Source: Atopobium sp. (GTDB lineage Bacteria; Actinomycetota; Coriobacteriia; Coriobacteriales; Atopobiaceae). Taken from it: DNA of 64,000 nt. Every line of letters begins with the position of its first letter. Within the stretch, counting starts at the first letter, position 1. Below the pieces are notes generated by a model, which saw only the letters and a list, made by a program, of their open reading frames with translations, did no database searches and was not told the DNA's origin. Location: contig JAGZUI010000001.1 of NCBI GenBank assembly GCA_018380095.1, positions 172,111-236,110 of the forward strand. Reading direction: 5' to 3'. Shown here piece by piece: positions 1 through 9,165 of the stretch. A program made the translations under genes and the position numbers.

Positions 1-698
1 TCTCTGTGGAGCGCAAGAACCCTGTGGTGAATGGCCAAAAGCATCTTCTTGACCTGATGCTTTCTGCCTTCCCTAATAGTTACGCTGACCAGGGAGTTTG
101 GCTCTCCTCCACCGGTTTTTCCTAAACCCTGTGGGGCGAGAAGGGCCTTCATCTTGGCGTTGTCAGAGATAATCTCTACCTCTGCTGGAGCCGCAGGTCC
201 ATCTTCAAGCTCAATGCCCTCACGCAGACGATCTAGCTGCTCTTCTGTAGGTGTTCCTACTACATGGGCAACATAGTGCTTCCATACATGCTTTGAAGGA
301 TGCAAGAGCTCTTGTGCCATCTGACCATCGGTGGTAAAGAACAGAAGGCCTGTGGTATCCATATCAAGACGTCCAACAGGAAAAAGACCAGGGTATGTGT
401 CAGTTGGCACCATGTCCACAATGGTTGGTCTACCCTGAGGGTCTTTCATAGTAGTCAGGTACCCTGCAGGTTTGTTGAGCATCAAGTAGACGGGTTTCTC
501 GGCAATTGAACAGACAATGCCATCAACTGCAACAACATCCACCAGCGGATTAACCTTGCTGCCAAGCTCGGTGACTACCTGGCCGTTTACCGTGACGCGA
601 CCTGAGGTCATCAGGCGCTCAGAGCCACGACGGCTAGCCACTCCCGCGCGCGCCAAAAAGCGCTGCAGACGCATAGAAACAATACGCTCTTCTGCCAC
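1..698 (-). CDS. rluB: pseudouridine synthase, RluB/RsuA family with N-terminal S4 domain (C-terminus lies beyond window start)
   Basis: Manual translation of minus strand from GTG at 698 gives VAEERIVSMRLQRFLARAGVASRRGSERLMTSGRVTVNGQVV (S4-like) then PVGRLDMDTTGLLFFTTDG (pseudouridine synthase catalytic Asp motif); no stop before position 1; sits directly downstream of scpB as in many Gram-positives. Confidence 0.75.
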   Translation of the reverse strand, partial: MAEERIVSMRLQRFLARAGVASRRGSERLMTSGRVTVNGQVVTELGSKVNPLVDVVAVDGIVCSIAEKPVYLMLNKPAGYLTTMKDPQGRPTIVDMVPTDTYPGLFPVGRLDMDTTGLLFFTTDGQMAQELLHPSKHVWKHYVAHVVGTPTEEQLDRLREGIELEDGPAAPAEVEIISDNAKMKALLAPQGLGKTGGGEPNSLVSVTIREGRKHQVKKMLLAIHHRVLALHR

Positions 699-701
699 GG
701 C

Positions 702-1376
702 CTATGCATCCTCTTGCGTATCGTAGCTGTCTCCCAAAAGGGAGCGTTCATCGTCAATGTCTTCTGCGGCTTCTTCAAGCGTTGAAGTGAAGCTTCTGCC
801 AGAGAGTCTCTCGCGAATAAACTGCTTGGACTCCTCATCAGGGGCAAAATCTTCCAGCGGCGGCAACTCTCGCAAAGACTTGAGACCAAAGCGCTCTAAG
901 AAAAGGGCTGTTGTGCCATAGAGAATGGCTTGTCCCCTATCTGCCTCTTTGCCCACTTCACGCACAAGGTTTTTCTCGCGAAGTGAAGAGATAACACCAT
1001 CAGAGTTAACACCACGAATAGCACGAACGCCCTCACGAGTAACGGGCTGGTGATAAGCAATAACCGCCAGCGTCTCAAGCGCTGCCTGAGAAAGGCGGCG
1101 CGTATCCCAAGAGAGTACAAAATCGCTAACCAGCTGATGGTGAGCTGGGTGCGTAAAGAGACGCCAACCGCCGGCTACCTCCCTGAGCTGAAATCCCCTG
1201 TTGCAGCGCGTGTACTCCTCTGCAAGCTCTTTAAGCGCTTGAGCAACCTCGGCAGGAGCTGCATTGGTGACCTTGGAAAAGTCGGCCGTAGTGATTGCAT
1301 CTGTTGCAACCAAAAGCAGTGATTCTAGTGCGCCTTTGAGCGACTCAGAATCTAAATAGGTAAGCTCTTCTGCCAT
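702..1376 (-). CDS. scpB: segregation and condensation protein B
   Basis: 224 aa ORF, ScpB-like winged-helix sequence, immediately downstream of scpA. Confidence 0.9.
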   Translation of the reverse strand: MAEELTYLDSESLKGALESLLLVATDAITTADFSKVTNAAPAEVAQALKELAEEYTRCNRGFQLREVAGGWRLFTHPAHHQLVSDFVLSWDTRRLSQAALETLAVIAYHQPVTREGVRAIRGVNSDGVISSLREKNLVREVGKEADRGQAILYGTTALFLERFGLKSLRELPPLEDFAPDEESKQFIRERLSGRSFTSTLEEAAEDIDDERSLLGDSYDTQEDA

Positions 1377-1379
1377 AAG

Positions 1380-2309
1380 TTATTCCGCCTCTTTCTGTGC
1401 TTCATCGGGCGTTTGAGTTAACGATAATAGCGTCTGCTGGACGTCTTGGAGCGCATTTTGAGACAAGTTAAATCCTTCAAGGTCTGGCTCATCACCAGAT
1501 AGTTCTTCTAGTTCCAAAAGAACTGACTCATCAAGCTGGTATGAATCTGCGCCCTCTATGTGCTCAATCTCAATCTCGCCAAAGATGACATCCTGCTGAA
1601 CACGAACAAGACCGCGTTTAAAGAGCTCGAGCACTGCCAAGAAGTTTGCAACCACAATTTCTGGCGTATCTTGACCGTCTAAGAGCTCAGAGAACGTCAC
1701 TTTGCCCTTAGAGCGCGTGAGTCGGTCCACAGAAGCTACCGTCAGAGCTACTGGGAGCCTCTTTGGGGCCACATGTTCTGCTTCAAGCAAGAATGTCTCA
1801 CGTTTTGAGTCAATGTCCGCACAGATGACGGCAAGGCTTCTGAGGGTAATGCCCTCAAGATAGTCTGGCATGAGATTCAAGAAATCAGGATCTGGACCCA
1901 CTGAGCGTGGGAACATGTACGACTCTGCCTCCATGCGGCTACCCAGCGCAGCACCTGCATTTCTAAATTGCTTATAGGCAATAAGGCGAGCAATAAGAAC
2001 TTCTCGCGCCTCATCAGGAGAAAGCCCGTCCAGCTCGTCATCATACTCATCTTCATCGTATGAGCTTTTGAGCGAAACGTCTTGAGGTACCAAGGCATGA
2101 GCCTTCATGTCCAAAAGCGTTGACGCAACAAGGACAAAGTCACTGGCAACGTCTAGATCAAGCTCTTCCATGGCGTCAACTTCTGCCAGGTACTGATCTG
2201 CAACCTCAGAGATAGAAATAGAGCCGATGGCAACTTTTTGCCTACTTACTAGCTGAAGCAGCAGGTCAAATGGGCCAGAATATGTTGCAGTGTTTACTTT
2301 GTACGACAT
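1380..2309 (-). CDS. scpA: segregation and condensation protein A (kleisin)
   Basis: 309 aa ORF with ScpA-like N-terminus (YSGPFDLLLQLV) and acidic C-terminus; scpA-scpB pair. Confidence 0.9.
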   Translation of the reverse strand: MSYKVNTATYSGPFDLLLQLVSRQKVAIGSISISEVADQYLAEVDAMEELDLDVASDFVLVASTLLDMKAHALVPQDVSLKSSYDEDEYDDELDGLSPDEAREVLIARLIAYKQFRNAGAALGSRMEAESYMFPRSVGPDPDFLNLMPDYLEGITLRSLAVICADIDSKRETFLLEAEHVAPKRLPVALTVASVDRLTRSKGKVTFSELLDGQDTPEIVVANFLAVLELFKRGLVRVQQDVIFGEIEIEHIEGADSYQLDESVLLELEELSGDEPDLEGFNLSQNALQDVQQTLLSLTQTPDEAQKEAE

Positions 2310-3025
2310 TAGATGATTCTCGCAAGCAGGCTCAAAATGACGTTAGAAATACCCCCGATAATGGACGAGAAAAAGCCAGGCGCAAAGAACATGAGTCCCA
2401 CTACAGCAATCATACAGTAAGGCTCAATGGCGTAGAACTTTTGACGGTTTTTCTCGCCAAGAAAATACAACAGCAGCTTAGAGCCATCCAGAGGTGGAAT
2501 TGGCAGCATGTTAAAGACAGCCAGGCTTACGTTGATCTGAATGTAGAAGATTACCAACGAAGAAACGTAGTACATTACCAGCGGATTTAGAGCCGCACCA
2601 AATGCAACAGCTAATGCGTTGAGCAAACGCAATAAGAGCGCGCCGAGAAACGCCTGCAAAATGTTAGAAACTGGGCCTGCGAGTGCTACAAGAATCTCGT
2701 CACGACGACGATCTTTGAGGTAGTTGGGGTTATAGGGAACGGGCTTTGCGTAACCAAAGCTAGGACCACCCATCAATACCAACATAAACGGCAAAAGAAC
2801 CGTACCGAACAAGTCAATGTGTGCCAGTGGATTGAGCGTCAAACGGCCAGACATTTTAGCGGTAGGATCTCCGCACTTGTATGCCACAAAGCCATGCGCA
2901 ACCTCGTGAATCACAATGGCAAAGATTACCAGTGCAAATTCAGCGAGCGTTGTCAAAAGCGATGGAACTGATGTTAAAGCAGTTGGCACAACAATCCTTA
3001 TCTCAACATCTGCAAAGACACACAA
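2309..3025 (-). CDS. site-2 protease family (peptidase M50) integral membrane metalloprotease, no PDZ
   Basis: HEVAHG (HExxH) in a TM helix and LPIPPLDG motif; 238 aa polytopic membrane protein. Confidence 0.75.
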   Translation of the reverse strand: MCVFADVEIRIVVPTALTSVPSLLTTLAEFALVIFAIVIHEVAHGFVAYKCGDPTAKMSGRLTLNPLAHIDLFGTVLLPFMLVLMGGPSFGYAKPVPYNPNYLKDRRRDEILVALAGPVSNILQAFLGALLLRLLNALAVAFGAALNPLVMYYVSSLVIFYIQINVSLAVFNMLPIPPLDGSKLLLYFLGEKNRQKFYAIEPYCMIAVVGLMFFAPGFFSSIIGGISNVILSLLARII

Positions 3026-3084
3026 ACAGATACTTACGTAAGCTTCAAATACCTAATAATTTTACCCAAGATTGGCAAAACTAC

Positions 3085-5103
3085 CTACTCATCAATGTCT
3101 GCTTCCATCTTTTCTGAAAGCTCCAACCATTCAGCCTCAAGCGCAGGAATCTTCTTAGAAAGTGCCTGGTATTCCGCCATGCACTCATCAAACTTTTGAG
3201 GATCGTTATAGAGAGCCTCGTCAGCCATAAGCGTCATGAGCTCATCGTATCGTTTATGCGCAGGAGTCAGCGCTGCCTCAACCTCGTCCAGACGTTTCTT
3301 GGTCTCTCTAAGCGCACGACTTCTACGATTGCGCTCCTCTGCCTCAGCTCTTCTCTGCTCCTTAGTCTTCACATTGCGAGAAGAACCTGCAGCTTGACCT
3401 GCCTCTGGGCCAGAACTCTTAACCGCTCTTGCACCCGATGTGCCATACGAGGATACCGTTTTGCTCGACGTCTCCCCTTGCGCTGCTGCTTGAAGCTCTG
3501 CCAGCTTAAAGAGGAAGTAATCATAGTTACCGTCATAGACCGTAACCTTGTGGTCGCGAACGTCCACAACCTTGTTAGCTACAGCTCTGACCAGGTGCTC
3601 ATCGTGACTGATCAAGATGATAGTTCCTGGGAAGTCAACAAGTGCCTTCTCTAGAACGTCAACAGAGTCAATGTCCAGGTGGTTAGTTGGCTCATCCAGA
3701 AGTAACAGTGGATCTGGAGAGACCAGCATCTTAGCAAGTGCCAGACGAGCACGCTCACCACCAGAAAGTACATTTACGCGTTTCTCAACGTCATCGCCAT
3801 GGAAAAGGAAGGCTCCAAGCAATCTACGCTCTTCAGAAGTAGTCCAGCCAGCAGCAACGGTATCAAGCTCTGCAAGTACCGTATTTGCAGGATTGAGCTC
3901 TTCAAGCTGATGCTGTGCATAATAGGCTTCAGTGACGTTTTGACCCAGGCTAATCTGTCCCGCATCTGGCTTAAGTTTGCCAGCAATAAGCTTCATAAGA
4001 GTAGATTTACCAGCACCATTAGGGCCAACAAGTGCAACGTGATCTCCGCGATACAGCTTAAGGTCAACGTTATCGTAGACAAAGTTATCCTCGTAAGATT
4101 TGGCCACGCCCTCAAGAGAGATGACGGTGTCTCCGGTACGAGGAGGTTCTGGGAACCTAAAATGCATGTGATGAGATTGCTCTGGAAGAACTACCAGTTC
4201 TTCACGGATCTTCTCGACTTTTGTCACGCGCTCTTGAACCTGTTTTGCCTTGGTAGGCTTATACCTAAATCGCTCAATGAAGGTCTCCATGTGAGCAATA
4301 TCGCGCTCTTGAGCTGCACGTTTAGCACGGAGCTGCTCAAGATTTTCTTCTCGCTGATGAAGATAGCCGGAATAATTGCCGGTATAGGTTACGAGCATAC
4401 GATTCTCAAGCGCCGCCACGTGCGTTACGCATGCATCCATAAACGAGCGATCGTGACTTACCAGCAAAACCGTACCATCATATGACGATAAGAACCTCTC
4501 AAGCCACTGGACAGATTCCAAGTCCAAGTGGTTAGTAGGCTCGTCCAGAAGAAGAACATCAGGACGACGCAGAAGCAGCTTTGACAAAGAAATACGCATC
4601 TGCCAGCCGCCCGAGAACTCTTTAGCTGGCTTATCGAAGTCTTCAACGGGAAAACCCAGGCCCGCAAGAATCTGGCGAGCTCTACTCTCTAATTCATAGC
4701 CACCAAGACGCTCGAAGCGCTCCATAGCATGAGCGTAGTCTTCAAGATACTTATTGAGCGTTGCACCTTCGGGAGTTTCGGCAATTTTGATTGAAAGGTC
4801 GTTAACCTTTCTCTCCCACTGTTTAATCTCATGCGCAGACTCAATTACCTCGTTGAGGGCGGTTCTGTCTCCCATGAGCTCTGTTTCTTGCTCAAGATAT
4901 CCCAGGGTAGCATCTTTTGCAAAGGTAATGGTTCCTTCATCGGCAGACTCTAAGCCCATTATGATTTTTAGAAGCGTAGTCTTACCAGCACCATTAGGAC
5001 CAACTAAAGCCCAACGCTCTCCTGCATTGAGCTGAAGTGTTGCATTTGAATAAAGAACTCTGCCGCCAAATGACTTTGAAATCTTATCCGCAAGAGCAAT
5101 CAA
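3085..5103 (-). CDS. ABC-F family ATPase (Uup/EttA-like, two ABC domains plus C-terminal coiled-coil); TTG start
   Basis: Two Walker A (GPNGAGKTT, GPNGAGKST), two signature motifs (LSGG), no TM segments, charged coiled-coil tail; start codon is TTG with GAGGAG 5 nt upstream. Confidence 0.85.
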   Translation of the reverse strand: MIALADKISKSFGGRVLYSNATLQLNAGERWALVGPNGAGKTTLLKIIMGLESADEGTITFAKDATLGYLEQETELMGDRTALNEVIESAHEIKQWERKVNDLSIKIAETPEGATLNKYLEDYAHAMERFERLGGYELESRARQILAGLGFPVEDFDKPAKEFSGGWQMRISLSKLLLRRPDVLLLDEPTNHLDLESVQWLERFLSSYDGTVLLVSHDRSFMDACVTHVAALENRMLVTYTGNYSGYLHQREENLEQLRAKRAAQERDIAHMETFIERFRYKPTKAKQVQERVTKVEKIREELVVLPEQSHHMHFRFPEPPRTGDTVISLEGVAKSYEDNFVYDNVDLKLYRGDHVALVGPNGAGKSTLMKLIAGKLKPDAGQISLGQNVTEAYYAQHQLEELNPANTVLAELDTVAAGWTTSEERRLLGAFLFHGDDVEKRVNVLSGGERARLALAKMLVSPDPLLLLDEPTNHLDIDSVDVLEKALVDFPGTIILISHDEHLVRAVANKVVDVRDHKVTVYDGNYDYFLFKLAELQAAAQGETSSKTVSSYGTSGARAVKSSGPEAGQAAGSSRNVKTKEQRRAEAEERNRRSRALRETKKRLDEVEAALTPAHKRYDELMTLMADEALYNDPQKFDECMAEYQALSKKIPALEAEWLELSEKMEADIDE

Positions 5104-5155
5104 GTGAACTCCTCATACATATCTGAACTGGATAAGTATAAGTCATTCACTTGAT
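5099..5155 (-). promoter_or_regulatory. second copy of the same inverted-repeat hairpin, lacking a U-tract; 3' arm contains the TTG start of the ABC-F gene
   Basis: ATCAAGTGAACTCC(T/C)CATACAT ... TTCACTTGATA shared with 6289-6348; arms at 5099-5108 and 5146-5155. Confidence 0.5.
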
Positions 5156-5197
5156 ATACGTGCAAAATTATGTAAATGAAACCAGGCTTATGAAGAT

Positions 5198-6136
5198 TTA
5201 TTGACGCTTCTTATGAAGGAAAAGAGCTGCGGCAGCAACAACGATAGTTGCGCCAGCAACGCCAATAATCAAAGGAAGTGTAAGAGCGTTATCACCAGTA
5301 TCTGGAAGAACGGACTTCTTAACCTTCTTAGCCTTTGGAGCCTCTGGTTGTGGCTGAGGCTCTGGTGCTGGAGTTGGCTCTGGCTCTGGAGCAGGTGTTG
5401 GATCTGGTGCAGGCGTTGGAGCAGGAATACGAGGATCAACAAAAGTTACTGTGGCAGTAGTATTTGTACCAGTGATCTGACCAACACGAACCGTTGTATC
5501 AATCTGGTAACCATCAATGGTGGTGAGCTGTGTGATGGTAGTGGAAGTGTTACCCATAAGGTTAGGAATTACAACAGAGCCATCTGCACCAGTTGTAAGA
5601 GAGTAGCTTCCGTCAGCCTCCATGGTGAGAATACCGGTCTGAGTAAATGGAGGTGTTGGGATATGAGGTCCAGCAACGTTTGCGGCAGTAGCCTTAAGAG
5701 TTGCACCGGCAATAGGATTGCCATCTGTGTCAACAACTTTAACAATAATATTGCCTAAAATTGGCTGGTTCTCCAGTTCAGCAGTGACCACATCACCTAA
5801 ACCATATGTAGCGCCATCAAAAACGTAAGAAACAGAGTCGACCTGATGAACATAGCCATCTTTATAAGTGGTCTGTTCAACTCTATAAGCACCGTCAGGA
5901 AGAGGAAGATAAGGATTAAAGTAACCGTTAGCGTCTGTTTCTCCCTCGGCCACGATAGTAGAACCACCTTGATAAATTACAACATGTACGCCCTCAATTG
6001 GTTCACGTGTATATTTATCAACAGCGAGAGCACTAATCTCATTAGAGTCTGCAAGTGCAATTCTTGGAGCGATGACTGATACAACAAGTGTCAGCACAAC
6101 TAAAACAGCAAGAACAATGTTTTTATATCGTTTCAA
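5198..6136 (-). CDS. sortase-anchored surface protein (LPDTG cell-wall sorting signal, Cna B-type repeats, Pro-rich stalk), paralog A
   Basis: N-terminal signal peptide; C-terminal LPDTG + hydrophobic stretch + HKKRQ tail; PAPEPEPTPAPEP linker; shares a conserved C-terminal ~130 aa block with next gene. Confidence 0.8.
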   Translation of the reverse strand: MKRYKNIVLAVLVVLTLVVSVIAPRIALADSNEISALAVDKYTREPIEGVHVVIYQGGSTIVAEGETDANGYFNPYLPLPDGAYRVEQTTYKDGYVHQVDSVSYVFDGATYGLGDVVTAELENQPILGNIIVKVVDTDGNPIAGATLKATAANVAGPHIPTPPFTQTGILTMEADGSYSLTTGADGSVVIPNLMGNTSTTITQLTTIDGYQIDTTVRVGQITGTNTTATVTFVDPRIPAPTPAPDPTPAPEPEPTPAPEPQPQPEAPKAKKVKKSVLPDTGDNALTLPLIIGVAGATIVVAAAALFLHKKRQ

Positions 6137-6282
6137 TTCAATTCCTTAAAACCGAATCATACAAGTAAATACTTCTATCCATAGTAAGGGAATTAGACAT
6201 TGAATTAAAGATAATATCCAAAACTAAACACAATTATTTCAAATTTTTAACTGGCAAAACTGAGGAAATCTGTACTCACCTT

Positions 6283-6346
6283 ATAAAAATCAAGTGAACT
6301 CCCCATACATTTTCAAATTACTAAATGCACAGGTCGTTCACTTGAT
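6283..6346 (-). terminator. intrinsic terminator after surface-protein gene B: 10-bp stem ATCAAGTGAA/TTCACTTGAT, large loop, then TTTTTAT on minus strand
   Basis: Inverted repeat at 6289-6298 and 6337-6346; T-tract immediately 3' on minus strand (plus 6283-6288 AAAAAT). Confidence 0.6.
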
Positions 6347-6390
6347 AGACATAAACAAATTTTGAATCAGATTCAATAAATCCTATAGTC

Positions 6391-7824
6391 TTAGAAACGT
6401 TTCTTGCTCAGATACATTGAGACACCAGCAAGAGAGCTTAATGTACCTGCAATTCCAACAATTAAAGAAGAGACACCAGAAATGTCAGAAGTGTCTGGAA
6501 GTACAGCCTTCTTTTTCTTTGGAGTCTTAGGCTTTTCCGGAGTCTGTGGTTGAGGCTCAGGAGTAGGCTCTGGAGCTGGCTCAGGCTGAGGTTCTGGCTG
6601 TGGCTCTGGAGTAGGTGGCTCTGGTCTACGATTTACAAACGTAACCGTAGTTGTCTCGTTAGAGCCAGTAATCTCACCAACCTGAGGATTAGGATCATCA
6701 ATAGTGTAACCATCAAGAGTGGTCAGCTGAGTAATAGTAGATTCTCTCTCAACAAGATAATCAGGAATAATTACGGTGCCATCAGGACCAGTTGTGAGCA
6801 GATAATTGTCATCAGCATCCCTATCCAACTCACCCGTCTGAGTATAAGGGACACCGGGAGCTGACGGGTCCTGAGTCATAGCACGAGGAGCGCTAGAACC
6901 AGTTAAATAGGCTGGATCAGGTGTATTAAATCCACCCATAGAAGGAGGACATGCTGGTGATGGAATTCCAGGAGTTATTTCATAAGCAGGAGTTGCCTTT
7001 AAAGTTGCGCCAGCAATAGGATTCCCGTACTGGTCAACAACTCTTACAACAATATTACCAATTCTAGTTGGGAGTTTAATTGTTGCGCGAGTTGTTTGCT
7101 CGAAGAGACGAGTATCTGAATCATAAGGGAACGTTACAGCATGTAGAGGAACCATGCCATTATTGCTGGTTGGAGAACATGCGAAAACAGAGTCAACCAT
7201 TACGGCGTCGTTGTTATATCCATAACGAGTGGGATAATTTTTTGGAATAAGTGTATAGCTTCCCGTTACTGGTACGGTGACGCTTTGACCACCTGGAACA
7301 TTTGAAGCAATTCTATTTCCAAATTCATCTTCAATGTCAAATTGAATATCAGTAATAGCATTTGAACCCCAAATACTAGCTGGTACCTTCTTCTCGGCAC
7401 CAACATAAAGCTGGCCCATAATATGGACATTTTCAAAGTTAATGGTCTGAGGATCGCCATCACTACCAGTAGGAGCGGAGAAAGTCACGTTTTTAGCTGT
7501 GTGATCAATAACATATCCAGCTTTAAACGTTGTCTGCTCAACCTTATAACTTCCGTTAGCAAGGCTAGTCTGAGCTCTACCGTTTTGGTTAGTAATCATA
7601 GTTGCAGCGTTGGTACCGGTAACTGTATTAGTCACGGTAATTGTTACACCATCAACAGGTTGACCATAATAGTCATCAGTAACATTAACCGTGAGCTGAT
7701 TTTGAACTGCTGCTTCTGCAAGCGCAAGCTTTGGAACTCCAATTACAATTACGCAGCATAGTGCAACTAAAATTGACGCTGCTACATACTTGAACTTTTT
7801 CACTTTCAAACCTTCCAAATCCAT
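6391..7824 (-). CDS. sortase-anchored surface protein (variant LPDTS sorting signal, Cna B-type repeats, Pro-rich stalk), paralog B
   Basis: Signal peptide, repeated NG(S/A)YKVEQTT(F/Y)K motifs, PEPQPEPQPEP linker, LPDTS + hydrophobic + SKKRF tail. Confidence 0.8.
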   Translation of the reverse strand: MDLEGLKVKKFKYVAASILVALCCVIVIGVPKLALAEAAVQNQLTVNVTDDYYGQPVDGVTITVTNTVTGTNAATMITNQNGRAQTSLANGSYKVEQTTFKAGYVIDHTAKNVTFSAPTGSDGDPQTINFENVHIMGQLYVGAEKKVPASIWGSNAITDIQFDIEDEFGNRIASNVPGGQSVTVPVTGSYTLIPKNYPTRYGYNNDAVMVDSVFACSPTSNNGMVPLHAVTFPYDSDTRLFEQTTRATIKLPTRIGNIVVRVVDQYGNPIAGATLKATPAYEITPGIPSPACPPSMGGFNTPDPAYLTGSSAPRAMTQDPSAPGVPYTQTGELDRDADDNYLLTTGPDGTVIIPDYLVERESTITQLTTLDGYTIDDPNPQVGEITGSNETTTVTFVNRRPEPPTPEPQPEPQPEPAPEPTPEPQPQTPEKPKTPKKKKAVLPDTSDISGVSSLIVGIAGTLSSLAGVSMYLSKKRF

Positions 7825-7973
7825 TCAGGATTACTATTTTTCTAATTCAAATGATAAAAGAAAATCTCATTCAAATGAATATAAACTACATTCTAAATTG
7901 CAATTTATTAAATTTTCATATCATCAACAATTAGAATTAGATATAAACAGCTATTCCCTATCCAACCACACAC

Positions 7974-8014
7974 AAAAAAGCGAGAAGTCCCTTCTACATG
8001 AAAGCTCTTCTCGC
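7974..8014 (-). terminator. intrinsic terminator downstream of VOC gene
   Basis: GCGAGAAG ... CTTCTCGC stem followed by T6 on minus strand. Confidence 0.7.
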
Positions 8015-8046
8015 CAAAAAATCGATAATAAGATAGATGGAATAGC

Positions 8047-8439
8047 CTACTTATCCATGGTGAGATGAATAGCAAAGCCAGCAATCTCTTCTTTGAAATA
8101 GACCAAAAACGTACTGCCATCTGGATTAAGCCTTCTAGATAACTCATCGATTTCAAAGCCCCGACCTGCAAAGTATTTCTCGGCAGCAGGAATGTTGTTA
8201 ACATGGAAGCCAATATGACCCTTTGTGCCTCGGCCATTTTGTTTCATGACCTCTACCAGGGTCCCTGCAAAAAATGAAGGTGGCTGCTCAATAGTTGGAA
8301 GTCCCATAAGAGCGGTAAACAGGTTTGCAATCTTTTCTGCCTCGTCCGCATTGCTTGCGTTAATGCCAACGTGAGCAACGTACATATCAAACTGCTCGAC
8401 TGGATTAAGAGCGCTGGAATTGTTAGTTGAATCTGTCAT
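8047..8439 (-). CDS. VOC family protein (glyoxalase/bleomycin-resistance fold)
   Basis: 130 aa, sequence pattern typical of VOC proteins (HIGFHV, two beta-alpha-beta-beta-beta halves); family assignment from memory only. Confidence 0.55.
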   Translation of the reverse strand: MTDSTNNSSALNPVEQFDMYVAHVGINASNADEAEKIANLFTALMGLPTIEQPPSFFAGTLVEVMKQNGRGTKGHIGFHVNNIPAAEKYFAGRGFEIDELSRRLNPDGSTFLVYFKEEIAGFAIHLTMDK

Positions 8440-8534
8440 ACATCTCCCCTTTCCTAGGGCTCAAGTATATAAGGGAAGCTCTAAGATTTCTGCTTGGCAA
8501 TGAATATTAGTCATTACTGTAACTAAGTACTAAC

Positions 8535-8559
8535 AAAAAAGGCCCAGTTACCTAGGCCT
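8535..8559 (-). terminator. intrinsic terminator downstream of tRNA-Val
   Basis: AGGCC ... GGCCT stem then T6 on minus strand. Confidence 0.7.
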
Positions 8560-8570
8560 TTAAATTTCTA

Positions 8571-8645
8571 TGGTGGGCGATGCTGGATTTGAACCAGCGA
8601 CCCCTTCCGTGTGAAGGAAGTGCTCTACCCCTGAGCCAATCGCCC
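8571..8645 (-). tRNA. tRNA-Val (anticodon CAC), CCA encoded
   Basis: Manual fold: acceptor GGGCGAT/ATCGCCC, D arm GCTC..GAGC, anticodon stem CTTCC/GGAAG loop TTCACAC, T loop TTCAAAT. Confidence 0.9.
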
Positions 8646-8676
8646 GAACGACTTGCAATAATAACAAACAATGAAG

Positions 8677-9099
8677 CTAATTTCTAGCTTTTGACTTTTT
8701 TGAAGGTGAATACGTAGACACAACTTTATTCATCTGAACAAGAATGATTCCCAGGAAGATAAGCTGAAGAATCATTGGCGTAATTACCATAGGCTGAGAT
8801 GAAAGCTGTGATACAAAAACCCATTCAATGGTAAAGAGAATGAGCTCAATACCAGCAACAAGACGCACAATGCCGTGGGTTTTCTCAAAGTCTTTAGCCA
8901 GACTAATGCATTTCTGCAGAATGTAGCAGCAATAAACTGCCATTAAGCTACACAGCAGAAGCACAATCATGCTTGAAGAGAAACGACCATAGCCAACTGA
9001 GAAGGCAAAGATGACAATTCCAGCAACGCCAAGTGCTCCAAGCATAGAGGAAAGCGCCATCATCAACTTAGTTCCACGATCCATACAAACCCCCAACAA
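8677..9099 (-). CDS. hypothetical small membrane protein (about 4 TM)
   Basis: 140 aa ORF, strongly hydrophobic segments, no recognisable family. Confidence 0.5.
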   Translation of the reverse strand: MLGVCMDRGTKLMMALSSMLGALGVAGIVIFAFSVGYGRFSSSMIVLLLCSLMAVYCCYILQKCISLAKDFEKTHGIVRLVAGIELILFTIEWVFVSQLSSQPMVITPMILQLIFLGIILVQMNKVVSTYSPSKKSKARN

Positions 9100-9165
9100 A
9101 TCAGTTCACAGAGAAAAAAGTACAAAAGAGGAGCTAGAATAATAAAACGACGTCAACAAAATAAT

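Noticed and set aside
3196-4485. Plus-strand ORFs of 152 and 228 aa
   Set aside because: They are antisense to the ABC-F gene and have low-complexity composition. They are artefacts.
5340-5420. Short tandem DNA repeats (GGCTCTGG / GGTGCTGG units) that could look like a CRISPR array or minisatellite
   Set aside because: They are in frame inside the adhesin genes and encode the PxPEP stalk, with no spacer-repeat architecture and no cas genes. The same applies to 6540-6625.
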